Below are positions 53,670-62,389 of a stretch of 64,000 bases of DNA, in pieces. A program made the position numbers and the translations under genes. Source of the stretch: a virus; the IMG/VR virus record IMGVR_UViG_3300025381_001071; one strand, given 5' to 3'. The notes below the pieces were generated by a model. It ran no database searches. It was not told the origin of the DNA and saw only the letters and a program-made list of their open reading frames with translations. Position 1 is the first letter of the stretch; each line of letters starts with the position of its first letter.

Positions 53670-53698
53670 AGTTTAATGTGTTAGAACAAGAATGTCAA
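53670..53698 (-). promoter_or_regulatory. Sigma70-type promoter TTGACA-17-TAAACT, 7 nt before the ATG
   Basis: Read directly from the sequence. Confidence 0.75.
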
Positions 53699-54352
53699 TC
53701 AATCTTTTACAGTGATAAATGACAAATAAGAAACTCTTTTAAATCCATTTTTAACAGTTACTACCGAATGGCTTGGATTGTTTTTTGTAAAATCTAACAA
53801 TACAAAATTACCTAAAACTGGTTGCACTAATATGTCATTATCCTGATCGTGGAGTACTAGGTGTCCTCCAAACGAATCATTATATTCTGAGACATCGTTT
53901 AAGTATATCAGTATTGCACAAATTCTTCCGGGATTATTTCCATCTTCGTGTTTCATTATACCATCGCCGTTTGTATAGTATGTAATACTATCGTCAAACT
54001 TCATATTTTTTAAAGTTGTTACATGATTGGGATAGATATTTTTTAAATATTCGTAGATTTTAGAACGTATATGGTTATGATTTTCATAACTATTTGTATA
54101 ATACCAACTTTGAAAAACAGATTTTCCCTGAGACTTTGCTTGTTTTTTTTGTTCTTCAACTTTATCTAATGGAAAACTCCAAGAGCTGCCTGCTTGCGGG
54201 ATAACTTGAAATGTACATAACCATTGATCAGGATCTTTAATAAAAGAATCCAAAGAGCTAGATCTTATCTCTTTTAAGATATTAACATCTAGACCTATCT
54301 CATCAATATTACCTATATGGTAACCCAATGTGGTCAAACTTTTAGTTGCCAT
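53699..54352 (-). CDS. 2OG-Fe(II) oxygenase (P4H-like fold)
   Basis: KHEDG...LIYLN...GG.L...HSV...R. Confidence 0.85.
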   Translation of the reverse strand: MATKSLTTLGYHIGNIDEIGLDVNILKEIRSSSLDSFIKDPDQWLCTFQVIPQAGSSWSFPLDKVEEQKKQAKSQGKSVFQSWYYTNSYENHNHIRSKIYEYLKNIYPNHVTTLKNMKFDDSITYYTNGDGIMKHEDGNNPGRICAILIYLNDVSEYNDSFGGHLVLHDQDNDILVQPVLGNFVLLDFTKNNPSHSVVTVKNGFKRVSYLSFITVKD

Positions 54353-55030
54353 TTATTTTTCTATGTCCATTAAATTTTTATTTGAAACAAAATCTACGTA
54401 AGCATATCTATTAAATGAATTTTTTACTTCTTCCACTGAATGATGAATATTATGATGTTTAAAATCTAACATAACAAAAGTACCGCGAACTGGTGAAATT
54501 TCCTCATGTAGTTCACCGTCATCTATAATAAGTCGGCCACCGTCTTCTGCATTATAAGTGTCATTCAAATATATAAGAAAGACGCACAATCTGCCCGGAT
54601 TGTTTCCGTCCCTATGCCTTTTAGAAAAATCCCCAGGTTCGTATAAAGTCAACATATCATTATGAAACATTTCAGCTGTTTCTAACTCTGGGTATATAGA
54701 AAGAATATATTCTGATATATATTTTCTAAAAGTTATACACACAGCATAGACTTCACTACCGCCAAACTGCCACCATTTTTGATCCAATGCTAGATTCTTT
54801 TCTATTGTTTCCTGTCGTCTAGAATCGACTTCATTAAATTTAAGACGAGGTTCGTAGGTGTTTCCTATTTGACCACTTATGCAATGCCAATAAATTCCAT
54901 TTTTTTCTTTATCAATAGATAAACTTATTGTTTTATCAATCAAAGAATCTACTATCTGATTATCGGGAATTATTTCATTCAAATTTCCTACATAATACCC
55001 TGTCTTTAAGTATTGTTCAACATCGATCAT
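54353..55030 (-). CDS. 2OG-Fe(II) oxygenase (P4H-like fold), tandem paralogue
   Basis: RHRDGNNPGRLC..LIYLN...GGRL...HSV...R. Confidence 0.85.
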   Translation of the reverse strand: MIDVEQYLKTGYYVGNLNEIIPDNQIVDSLIDKTISLSIDKEKNGIYWHCISGQIGNTYEPRLKFNEVDSRRQETIEKNLALDQKWWQFGGSEVYAVCITFRKYISEYILSIYPELETAEMFHNDMLTLYEPGDFSKRHRDGNNPGRLCVFLIYLNDTYNAEDGGRLIIDDGELHEEISPVRGTFVMLDFKHHNIHHSVEEVKNSFNRYAYVDFVSNKNLMDIEK

Positions 55031-56013
55031 ATTTTATAGTTTTTTGCGTAATTTTTAATAGTACTACGTAGTCCATCTTTTAACGAAGTTTTTGGTAGTA
55101 TATTATATTTACGCTGTTTTTCAGCACCTAGACAACGAAGGAGATCGCCATTGGGCTTGGTTTCATCCCAAATAATGTTCTTGGTTTTGCCAGTTAGTTC
55201 CTTATATACATCAACGATAGTTTCAATAGTATCCTTAATAGTAACTGCTTCTCCGCAACCAAAGTTAATAACGTCATTGACTTCATTAACTACACAATCA
55301 ATAGTAGCCTGTGCAACGTCATCTCCGAACACAAAGTCTCTACGTGCAGATCCGTTACCCCAACATATCATTTCGCTGCCTTCTACATTGAACAGTTTCC
55401 ATACATTGGATCCAATAACTGTGGCATCTTGTGAGAACTTGTCATTTACACCGTAGATATTACTAGGTCGAATGATTGTCCATTTGGTCCAGCCATGCTG
55501 TACTTTTAATGCATCAATAGCCAGCTCGCCCATGCGTTTAGTCCAGCCGGGGTGCCAATCATTCTTACTGGGCATAGTACTCCACACAGTATCTTCTTCC
55601 ATTACATCAGCAGGAGCATATACTCCCACAGATGACAGATATACAAACCAATCTACCTTGGCATCAAACGCTGCCTTAATCACATTGGTATTAAACATCA
55701 TCATGGGAAACACATAATCAGCAGGGCTTTTAGCAGTTCGGCTAGGACTGCCTTTGATTCCAGCAATGTGTAACACCACATCTACATGACGTTTTTTAAA
55801 GAAAGACTCAACTTGATCCATATAGGTTAAATCAATCTTTACGCCGATACAACGGCCGGCAAACTCTGCTTCTAGGCTATGTATCTCTGGTGTAATGTTA
55901 ATGTCCATGGCATAGACAATGTCAGCACCCTGTTCTAGGCACTTGCGTATTGTAGGAAGGCCAACAAGTCCTGCGGCTCCGGTTACTACTACTCGTTTGT
56001 TTGTTAGTTTCAT
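55027..56013 (-). CDS. GDP-fucose synthase-like extended SDR (catalytic Tyr replaced)
   Basis: TGAAGLVG, HIAG, LSSVGVY, HPGWTK, RPSNIYG..D, WGNGSARRDF. Confidence 0.85.
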   Translation of the reverse strand: MKLTNKRVVVTGAAGLVGLPTIRKCLEQGADIVYAMDINITPEIHSLEAEFAGRCIGVKIDLTYMDQVESFFKKRHVDVVLHIAGIKGSPSRTAKSPADYVFPMMMFNTNVIKAAFDAKVDWFVYLSSVGVYAPADVMEEDTVWSTMPSKNDWHPGWTKRMGELAIDALKVQHGWTKWTIIRPSNIYGVNDKFSQDATVIGSNVWKLFNVEGSEMICWGNGSARRDFVFGDDVAQATIDCVVNEVNDVINFGCGEAVTIKDTIETIVDVYKELTGKTKNIIWDETKPNGDLLRCLGAEKQRKYNILPKTSLKDGLRSTIKNYAKNYKI

Positions 56014-56017
56014 ATGA

Positions 56018-57436
56018 TTATAATGTTGAAAAGAAATCTTCTAAAGGGTTATAGTTCTTTAGACTTAAAAAATGTTGTTGGTTATAGATTAATATATCAG
56101 TTAATGAGTAATACCAGTTATGGAGTTCTTCCATACTCATTGCCTTAAATCTATTAATTTCTGCCACAATCATTTTGAGGCGGGTTTTAGGATCTGCTTC
56201 TAGGGCATAACTTTCGTCAATGTAGGGATGAAATGTTTTAAATCCCAATCGTCGAATTTCATCTAGGCCATTGTGATTGCCTAGATAGATAAATGGTTGT
56301 AGATTAAGGATAGGCCTAAATGTTTTTTCAGATAAAAATGGACTCCATTTAACACCATTATCAAACTGTGTTTCAGATGTAATGTGTAAGTAGGTGTCTA
56401 GGTAGTATTCCTTTTTATTGTTCTCATTGGTTTGGAATCCTTCTTTGCCCTGCGGAGTTAACTCTTGTGTATCTATTTCATAGGGCAACATATCGATGAT
56501 AGTTTTTACTCCCTGAGCTATTTCTTCCTTTGTACCATCGATTAACTTTGCCATTTCTGATTCAGGTTCCCGATGCACTGTAGTTAAGAAACTAAACAAA
56601 CTATCATCCAACCAGTTATTACGAATAGCTTCATGCATTAGTGCAAGTCTATGAGCTCTATTCATGCTTCGATTCCAAGATAAGAATCGTTTGGGACGAA
56701 CGACTGAAGAGTCTAAATCAGAAACTTTTACATAATCGCTTTCATAACTAAGTGATGATCTTGGAATAGGATAGCGATGTGCTATGGCAACTTGTTGTTC
56801 CATCGATGCATGTGAAGTACCTAGTTTTGCTTTACCAAAGTTTCTAGAGTGATAATCGTTTCGAATATTACCTTGTAGTAACAAAACATTCTCACCGGGT
56901 ACACCCAATCGTCCTAAAGCAATTTCCATAAAGTTTGTGGTATATTCACAAACAGCAGGTTCAGTTAAACAAGAAATTAAAACTTTGATTTTACCTTTGG
57001 CAAAAACTTCCCGAGTTTTAGGAGATAATGTATCTGGAAAATGATAGTTATGAGTTTCGCCATCTAATGTAAACTTAAAATCGCCATAAATCGCATCTGT
57101 ACTCCAGTGATGAAGTTCAATAGGATAAAGATAAATGCAATCATCGTTTTCATCAACATCATCTATAGACACTATGTTTTCAATACCGTAGTGTTTATGA
57201 AAGTAATAAAAAACATTCGAGTGTACAAATATATCTCCATCCTGAGGACCTATATGATAGTTATTAAATCTAAAATACATATTACCATCCAGATTAACTT
57301 CAACAGTATTAGTTGTTAACCAGTTTTTTATATATTCTAAAATAACAGGATGAGTACCATTAGCCAATGGCATTTGTTTGTTATCTGTTGTAGTGAACCA
57401 GTTAGAGTAAACTAACTTATATTTGCTTTGACTCAT
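56018..57436 (-). CDS. Glycosyltransferase-like protein (SEKT family)
   Basis: FLSWNR...HR...LHITSET...FLSEKTFRPI..LQPFIYLG...GFKTF...IDESY. Confidence 0.55.
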   Translation of the reverse strand: MSQSKYKLVYSNWFTTTDNKQMPLANGTHPVILEYIKNWLTTNTVEVNLDGNMYFRFNNYHIGPQDGDIFVHSNVFYYFHKHYGIENIVSIDDVDENDDCIYLYPIELHHWSTDAIYGDFKFTLDGETHNYHFPDTLSPKTREVFAKGKIKVLISCLTEPAVCEYTTNFMEIALGRLGVPGENVLLLQGNIRNDYHSRNFGKAKLGTSHASMEQQVAIAHRYPIPRSSLSYESDYVKVSDLDSSVVRPKRFLSWNRSMNRAHRLALMHEAIRNNWLDDSLFSFLTTVHREPESEMAKLIDGTKEEIAQGVKTIIDMLPYEIDTQELTPQGKEGFQTNENNKKEYYLDTYLHITSETQFDNGVKWSPFLSEKTFRPILNLQPFIYLGNHNGLDEIRRLGFKTFHPYIDESYALEADPKTRLKMIVAEINRFKAMSMEELHNWYYSLTDILIYNQQHFLSLKNYNPLEDFFSTL

Positions 57437-58814
57437 AGTTTAATAGTTCTTGAAAGGGGTTATAGTTTTTAAAAGTATGTAGATGGTTCTGATTGTGTAC
57501 AAGTACATCAGTAATAGAATGGTACCAATCATTTAACTGACCAATAGGTAGTTGAGCAATCTTTAATATTTCTTGTTTGATTAATGCAAATCTCTTTTTA
57601 TGATCTTTTTCTAGATCGTAACTTTCGTCGATGAATGGATGAAAAGTTTTAAATCCCAGTTGATGTAGTTTATTTAATGCGGCATAGTTACCCATGTAAA
57701 TAAATGGCTGTAGGTTCAATATAGGTCTCCATGTCTTTTCAGAGAAGAATGGAGTTTCATCTTTATCAAAATCTGTTTCAGTTGTGATGTGTACATAACT
57801 GTATCGATAAAACTCTTTTTTATTACTGTATACAGGAAAGAATGTAAATCGCTGTTCGTCAGGCAAATGATCAGTATCTAAATGATAAGGTACGATACTA
57901 GCAATATCTTCTACCATTTCATCTGTGCCTTCCATGACCCTGTTTAACATATCAACGGTATCATGTTTAACATCAAATAGGAAACTAAAAAACCCTTCCC
58001 GTAACAACTTATGTTCTATAGCCAGTTGACATAGGCCTATGCGGTGGGGGCGGCCCATTCTATTAAAACTTAAAAATCTTTTAGATCTAATAGAGTATCG
58101 ACTAATATCACCGGGTTTAACATAATCACTAACATAGTTTAGTCCTGTATCAAACGGATACTTATCCATAAGATTTGCTGTTTGATATAAGGCAATATCG
58201 CTACCTAATAGGGTCATGCTAGTTTTAATATCGTATCTTACATTACCCTGTAAGCATACAATGTTACTACCTTTTATTCCTAGGTTCAATAGCAGTTTCT
58301 CCACATCTTCTAAAATAGATGGTTCGATAGAAGGATCAATCATGTTAACCAATAATAGTTTAACACGACCTGTTTGGAGTAGTTCTAATATTTTAGGAGT
58401 TAATGAGTTCCCGATAGAATGACGGTATTCGGTACCATCGACCATTATATCTGTTTCATTTAAAACAAACTGTACAGTATTACATTCTAACTCAATGGGA
58501 TAATAGTAACTGCCATCTGTAACTTGATCTTCACTTACTATATTATCTAACCCAAATGACTCTTTAAAATGATAAAAGAAGTTAGAGTTTCTAAAATAAT
58601 ATCCAGATTTAGGATTGTTATAGTAATAACAGTCATCGATTTCTTTTATTCTTAGAAAATCGTCACTGTGCTGTAAATGATCGTTGATTATTTTATCCTG
58701 CATCCAGTTAACTAGTGCAGGATGTAATCCGTTAGCTAATGGGTATCTTATATTATCTATAGTATACCAGTTAGAATAAACTAACTTAAAAGGCGATCCA
58801 CTTGCCTGAACCAT
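57417..58814 (-). CDS. Glycosyltransferase-like protein (SEKT family), tandem paralogue
   Basis: FLSFNR...HR...VHITTET...FFSEKTWRPI..LQPFIYMG...GFKTF...IDESYD. Confidence 0.55.
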   Translation of the reverse strand: MVQASGSPFKLVYSNWYTIDNIRYPLANGLHPALVNWMQDKIINDHLQHSDDFLRIKEIDDCYYYNNPKSGYYFRNSNFFYHFKESFGLDNIVSEDQVTDGSYYYPIELECNTVQFVLNETDIMVDGTEYRHSIGNSLTPKILELLQTGRVKLLLVNMIDPSIEPSILEDVEKLLLNLGIKGSNIVCLQGNVRYDIKTSMTLLGSDIALYQTANLMDKYPFDTGLNYVSDYVKPGDISRYSIRSKRFLSFNRMGRPHRIGLCQLAIEHKLLREGFFSFLFDVKHDTVDMLNRVMEGTDEMVEDIASIVPYHLDTDHLPDEQRFTFFPVYSNKKEFYRYSYVHITTETDFDKDETPFFSEKTWRPILNLQPFIYMGNYAALNKLHQLGFKTFHPFIDESYDLEKDHKKRFALIKQEILKIAQLPIGQLNDWYHSITDVLVHNQNHLHTFKNYNPFQELLNYESKQI

Positions 58815-59412
58815 AGTGCGGGTATTTTGATTTATATTTGTAGTAGACTACATCTTCCGGAATATCGCGTTGCTTTTTCCAAGTTGCCTTAGTAGGTGTA
58901 TAGGTTGATACTCCGTTGTCTTCTACAACAAAATACAATGGTAAATCAAAGTTTCTAGCATACTTGTGTGCTTCGTAAAAAGCACCAGTTTCAAAACTCA
59001 TATCGCCGATAAAACACCATACCTTTTCGTCGCTGCCAGAGTCCTTGATACTTTTTGCCACACCCAGAGCAATAGCAATAGTAGAAGATACAATGGCGCT
59101 AGAATAAAAGTGTTCATCGATATTGCAGATAGTAATGCTCTTACCAGCAAGGATTTCATCTTCTAGCCATACAGGGTCAATGCCTTTAAGCAATGCATGA
59201 TAATGACTGCGCCAAGTAGAAAACACCCAGTCAGTGGCCTTAATGCGCTTAAAGATATCGATCAAGGGTTTTTCGTTGCCGTCCGACAAATGCACCGGGC
59301 CACGAATCTTGGCATCTTCCCAATGCTCCACAATGCGTTGCTCGAACGCCTGTAGTTGTTCTACTGTATATCCGTGTTTACGGACAACGGGATATTGTTT
59401 TAAGTTTTTCAT
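58786..59412 (-). CDS. TPP-dependent enzyme alpha subunit (E1-alpha-like, short)
   Basis: GPVHLS.GNE, STWRSHYHAL, FIGDMS...VVEDN TPP motif; ATGA coupling to the rmlC stop. Confidence 0.88.
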   Translation of the reverse strand: MKNLKQYPVVRKHGYTVEQLQAFEQRIVEHWEDAKIRGPVHLSDGNEKPLIDIFKRIKATDWVFSTWRSHYHALLKGIDPVWLEDEILAGKSITICNIDEHFYSSAIVSSTIAIALGVAKSIKDSGSDEKVWCFIGDMSFETGAFYEAHKYARNFDLPLYFVVEDNGVSTYTPTKATWKKQRDIPEDVVYYKYKSKYPHYGSGKWIAF

Positions 59413-59948
59413 CTGTCTCTTTTTTGTAATATAGGAGTTGTGGTTGGCCAATCAATGTCAAAGGACTTCCAGTTAATAACACCTTGTTTGTTTTCATCAA
59501 CATAGTCACCTTGATAAAACAAGTTGTAATGGAAGACACAGTCAGTTAACGCATAGTGTCCATTGGCAAACCCCGGAGGGACTAATACTTGATCGCGTGT
59601 TCGTTCACTGATAATATATGATTCCCATTTGCCATAGTTAGCCGAATCGGGTCTAGCATCGAGTACAACTAGATAGATATCTCCTACTAATGCCTGTACA
59701 AGTTTCCAAGTTTTATCATCATAATGTAATCCACGAAGCACACCCTGATATGACTTTGAAAATCTAACATGTGTATTGACATCGTTGGGCATTAATGCAT
59801 TAACAGGATGTGCCGTGTTATGATATGTTGTAAAGATTTCGCCACGGTATTCTCTGTATACACTGGGAGTATACACAGGCACTTCATTACCAAATGTTTT
59901 TAGATAGGATGTGCTGAACTCATCCCATTTTTTATCTTTATAACTCAT
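59409..59948 (-). CDS. rmlC: dTDP-4-dehydrorhamnose 3,5-epimerase-like cupin
   Basis: YRGEIF, S.SYQGVLRGLH, KLVQAL.G.IY.V.LD.R..S..YG, VPPGFANGH. Confidence 0.9.
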   Translation of the reverse strand: MSYKDKKWDEFSTSYLKTFGNEVPVYTPSVYREYRGEIFTTYHNTAHPVNALMPNDVNTHVRFSKSYQGVLRGLHYDDKTWKLVQALVGDIYLVVLDARPDSANYGKWESYIISERTRDQVLVPPGFANGHYALTDCVFHYNLFYQGDYVDENKQGVINWKSFDIDWPTTTPILQKRDR

Positions 59949-62389
59949 CCTTTTACTACCCTATCAGAAAGATATCTAACCAATTCTTTACTATGGGCTT
60001 CATCTTTATAAATGCCCAATAGGTGATTACGATTATGCACTAATATTTCTTCCATCTGCCAATACCATTTGTGTATTTCTTCTTTGCTCATAGAACAAAT
60101 TCGTTTGATTTCAGCAAACATCATTCGCATACGAAGATCGTTGTCTAATACATTATCAAAACTTTCGTCAATCCAAGGATCAAATGTCCTAAACCCAATA
60201 TTACGCAGTTCTGCTAATGCACCTGGGAAGGCAATGAAAATAAAGGGATGGAAGTTGGCAATGGCCTTGAATACTTTTTCAGTAAACGATTTATATTCAC
60301 CGTGTATGTATCCTTCGGAAGCAATATACAAGTAAGCATTTTTACTAGATTTACTGCCGTACTTGTCTCCCCAACCACTGGTATTATGATATCCTGCATC
60401 GGGTTCGTCCTGCATACGGTGTGGCAAAACTTCATGTAATCGATCTATCACTGAGTTATCGCAATCAAATCCGTAGCTTTTAGACACATAATAGCCATAG
60501 TCTCTACCACGATAATCTAACATAGACCAATCACCTAGATCTAACAAGTTTTCTTTAGCCATTTGGTAAATCATTGCCACTCTATGATCTCTGCTTCTTC
60601 TATTAGGAAACATAAAATGATTACGTCTTAGATAGTTTCTACTGTCATAGAACTGTTGTTCTGTTAGCCCCGAACCAGTTTTGTTTTTAAAGTGTGCAGA
60701 TATATTAACCAACAGGAATGGCATGTTTTTAACTATCATGCATCGTTCGTGTTCGGGGAACCAAGAGTTATATACTTGTTCTGCGTTAAAACTGTTGATA
60801 GATAGAACAATCTGTTCTTTAGGAATACCGCTACGTTGTAGACCTCTGTGGAAGTCCTCAAACTCATAACGTTCAATACACGGCTCGTTGGCCCAATCTA
60901 AAAAGATAATAGCGTTCTTTTTACGAACATCTTCCAATGCCTGTGCAGACATATGTTTCCAAAAGTATTCGCCATTTAGTTTACTGCCTACATGATCGGT
61001 CCCTGTAAACTTACCAAAGTGCAAAGTCACTTTAATAGGATAGATATATTTGTGATATCCATCTGCATGTAGAGTTTGATTTCCAAAGTATAAAGAGTTT
61101 TCATAGATATCTACTAGTTCTTTATAGGACCAATGCCGTAAGTGAGATCCTCCCATACGTAGGCTATTAGGCCAATCTCCCATTTGATCACCAAACATTT
61201 GTTTCAATGGACTATTGGGAGAATCTAACTGTTCTTCGTAAAAACTTTCAGAACTAAGTCTATTTGAATAGAGTGTGTGCAAATAGTTTACAATGCCCAT
61301 TTCTGGTGCCAGAGCGTTAGGCAATACAATATTAGGCATTACATAATCGTAAAAGAACGGTAATCTAGGTTTTTTTTCGACCACGGTTATTTGACTATTA
61401 GGTACTGGTACAGGCACTGGTGCTGAAACTAAAGTCTGTACTGGGGCAGGTGCAGGCACCGGAGTAGGGGCCGGAGTTGTATTAATAACTACTACAGGGG
61501 GTAGTTGATTAGAACTTCCTCGCATCTCTGTAGGAGGAGTGATCAAAGAGTATGGATCTATCGTTCTTTCCTGAGTAGGCACTGCTGGTGTATTAGCTAC
61601 AATAGCCGGTAGTTGTATAGGTGATGGAACTTCGTTTGTAACAGAAGAAGGATAGGCTTTATAATAAAAATCCCGTAGTTTTTCTGCAAACAGTTTATGT
61701 GGTTCAGCACCGTGATGCCAAAACTCAGGACCTGCATTTCTATACCCTTCGTTTTTATATTTCCAATAAAAACTTTCTTTATTGTTCATAATGTCCATAT
61801 AGACATCTTTATCAATTTGATTTATATAAAAGTTTAGATGTGGGCTTTCGCTGAACATCTCCATGGTATTGCACATCAAATACCTGATATTTTTAGTTTG
61901 TAAAAAATATTGTAGTTGTAGTACAAGGTTAGCACTTGCTATTTCCATGTAAACAACATTCTTTGCTATAAATTCTTGGCATCCCGCAATAATAGTTTTT
62001 TCTTCTTCGTGGCCGCCTTTATACCCCATGTTAACACGGAGGAAATCCATATCAACTTTTGATATATAATCGCTATAAGGATTCCATTTATCATACCAAA
62101 TAGGTCTGTCAACAGGCACCTCCATTCGAAAACTCTCAGTCCATGCAACTAATATTTCCAAATCCATTTTTTCAGGATCGTAAAAAGTATTAACCCATTC
62201 AATAATGACACGGGTAATAGTTGCGTTGGTAGATCCGTGAGATGCAATATTAAGTGCTTTACGGCCAATCTTTTCCGCAAATAGATTACCAAAAGAATTT
62301 TTTCTATTATATTCGCTGTCTTGAGTTCCGTCCATTTCTGATCCGGATGCATGACTACAGCCTGCAATTAATAATAACTTTTCTTTCAT
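59945..62389 (-). CDS. Fusion protein: SGNH-like domain, Pro-rich linker, glycosyltransferase-like (TEK) domain
   Basis: N-terminal AGCSHASG...HH; linker PAPTPVPAPAPV; C-terminal FPNRR..HR...SFTEKVFKAI..FHPFI...GFRTF...IDESFD. Confidence 0.65.
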   Translation of the reverse strand: MKEKLLLIAGCSHASGSEMDGTQDSEYNRKNSFGNLFAEKIGRKALNIASHGSTNATITRVIIEWVNTFYDPEKMDLEILVAWTESFRMEVPVDRPIWYDKWNPYSDYISKVDMDFLRVNMGYKGGHEEEKTIIAGCQEFIAKNVVYMEIASANLVLQLQYFLQTKNIRYLMCNTMEMFSESPHLNFYINQIDKDVYMDIMNNKESFYWKYKNEGYRNAGPEFWHHGAEPHKLFAEKLRDFYYKAYPSSVTNEVPSPIQLPAIVANTPAVPTQERTIDPYSLITPPTEMRGSSNQLPPVVVINTTPAPTPVPAPAPVQTLVSAPVPVPVPNSQITVVEKKPRLPFFYDYVMPNIVLPNALAPEMGIVNYLHTLYSNRLSSESFYEEQLDSPNSPLKQMFGDQMGDWPNSLRMGGSHLRHWSYKELVDIYENSLYFGNQTLHADGYHKYIYPIKVTLHFGKFTGTDHVGSKLNGEYFWKHMSAQALEDVRKKNAIIFLDWANEPCIERYEFEDFHRGLQRSGIPKEQIVLSINSFNAEQVYNSWFPEHERCMIVKNMPFLLVNISAHFKNKTGSGLTEQQFYDSRNYLRRNHFMFPNRRSRDHRVAMIYQMAKENLLDLGDWSMLDYRGRDYGYYVSKSYGFDCDNSVIDRLHEVLPHRMQDEPDAGYHNTSGWGDKYGSKSSKNAYLYIASEGYIHGEYKSFTEKVFKAIANFHPFIFIAFPGALAELRNIGFRTFDPWIDESFDNVLDNDLRMRMMFAEIKRICSMSKEEIHKWYWQMEEILVHNRNHLLGIYKDEAHSKELVRYLSDRVVKG

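Noticed and set aside
53699-55030. 2OG oxygenases as prolyl hydroxylases for the collagen fibres
   Set aside because: The collagen segments have almost no Pro in the Y position, so this substrate link is unsupported.
46666-59412. Pyruvate dehydrogenase auxiliary metabolic genes
   Set aside because: Both subunits are truncated, E2 and E3 are absent, and the context is NDP-sugar enzymes.
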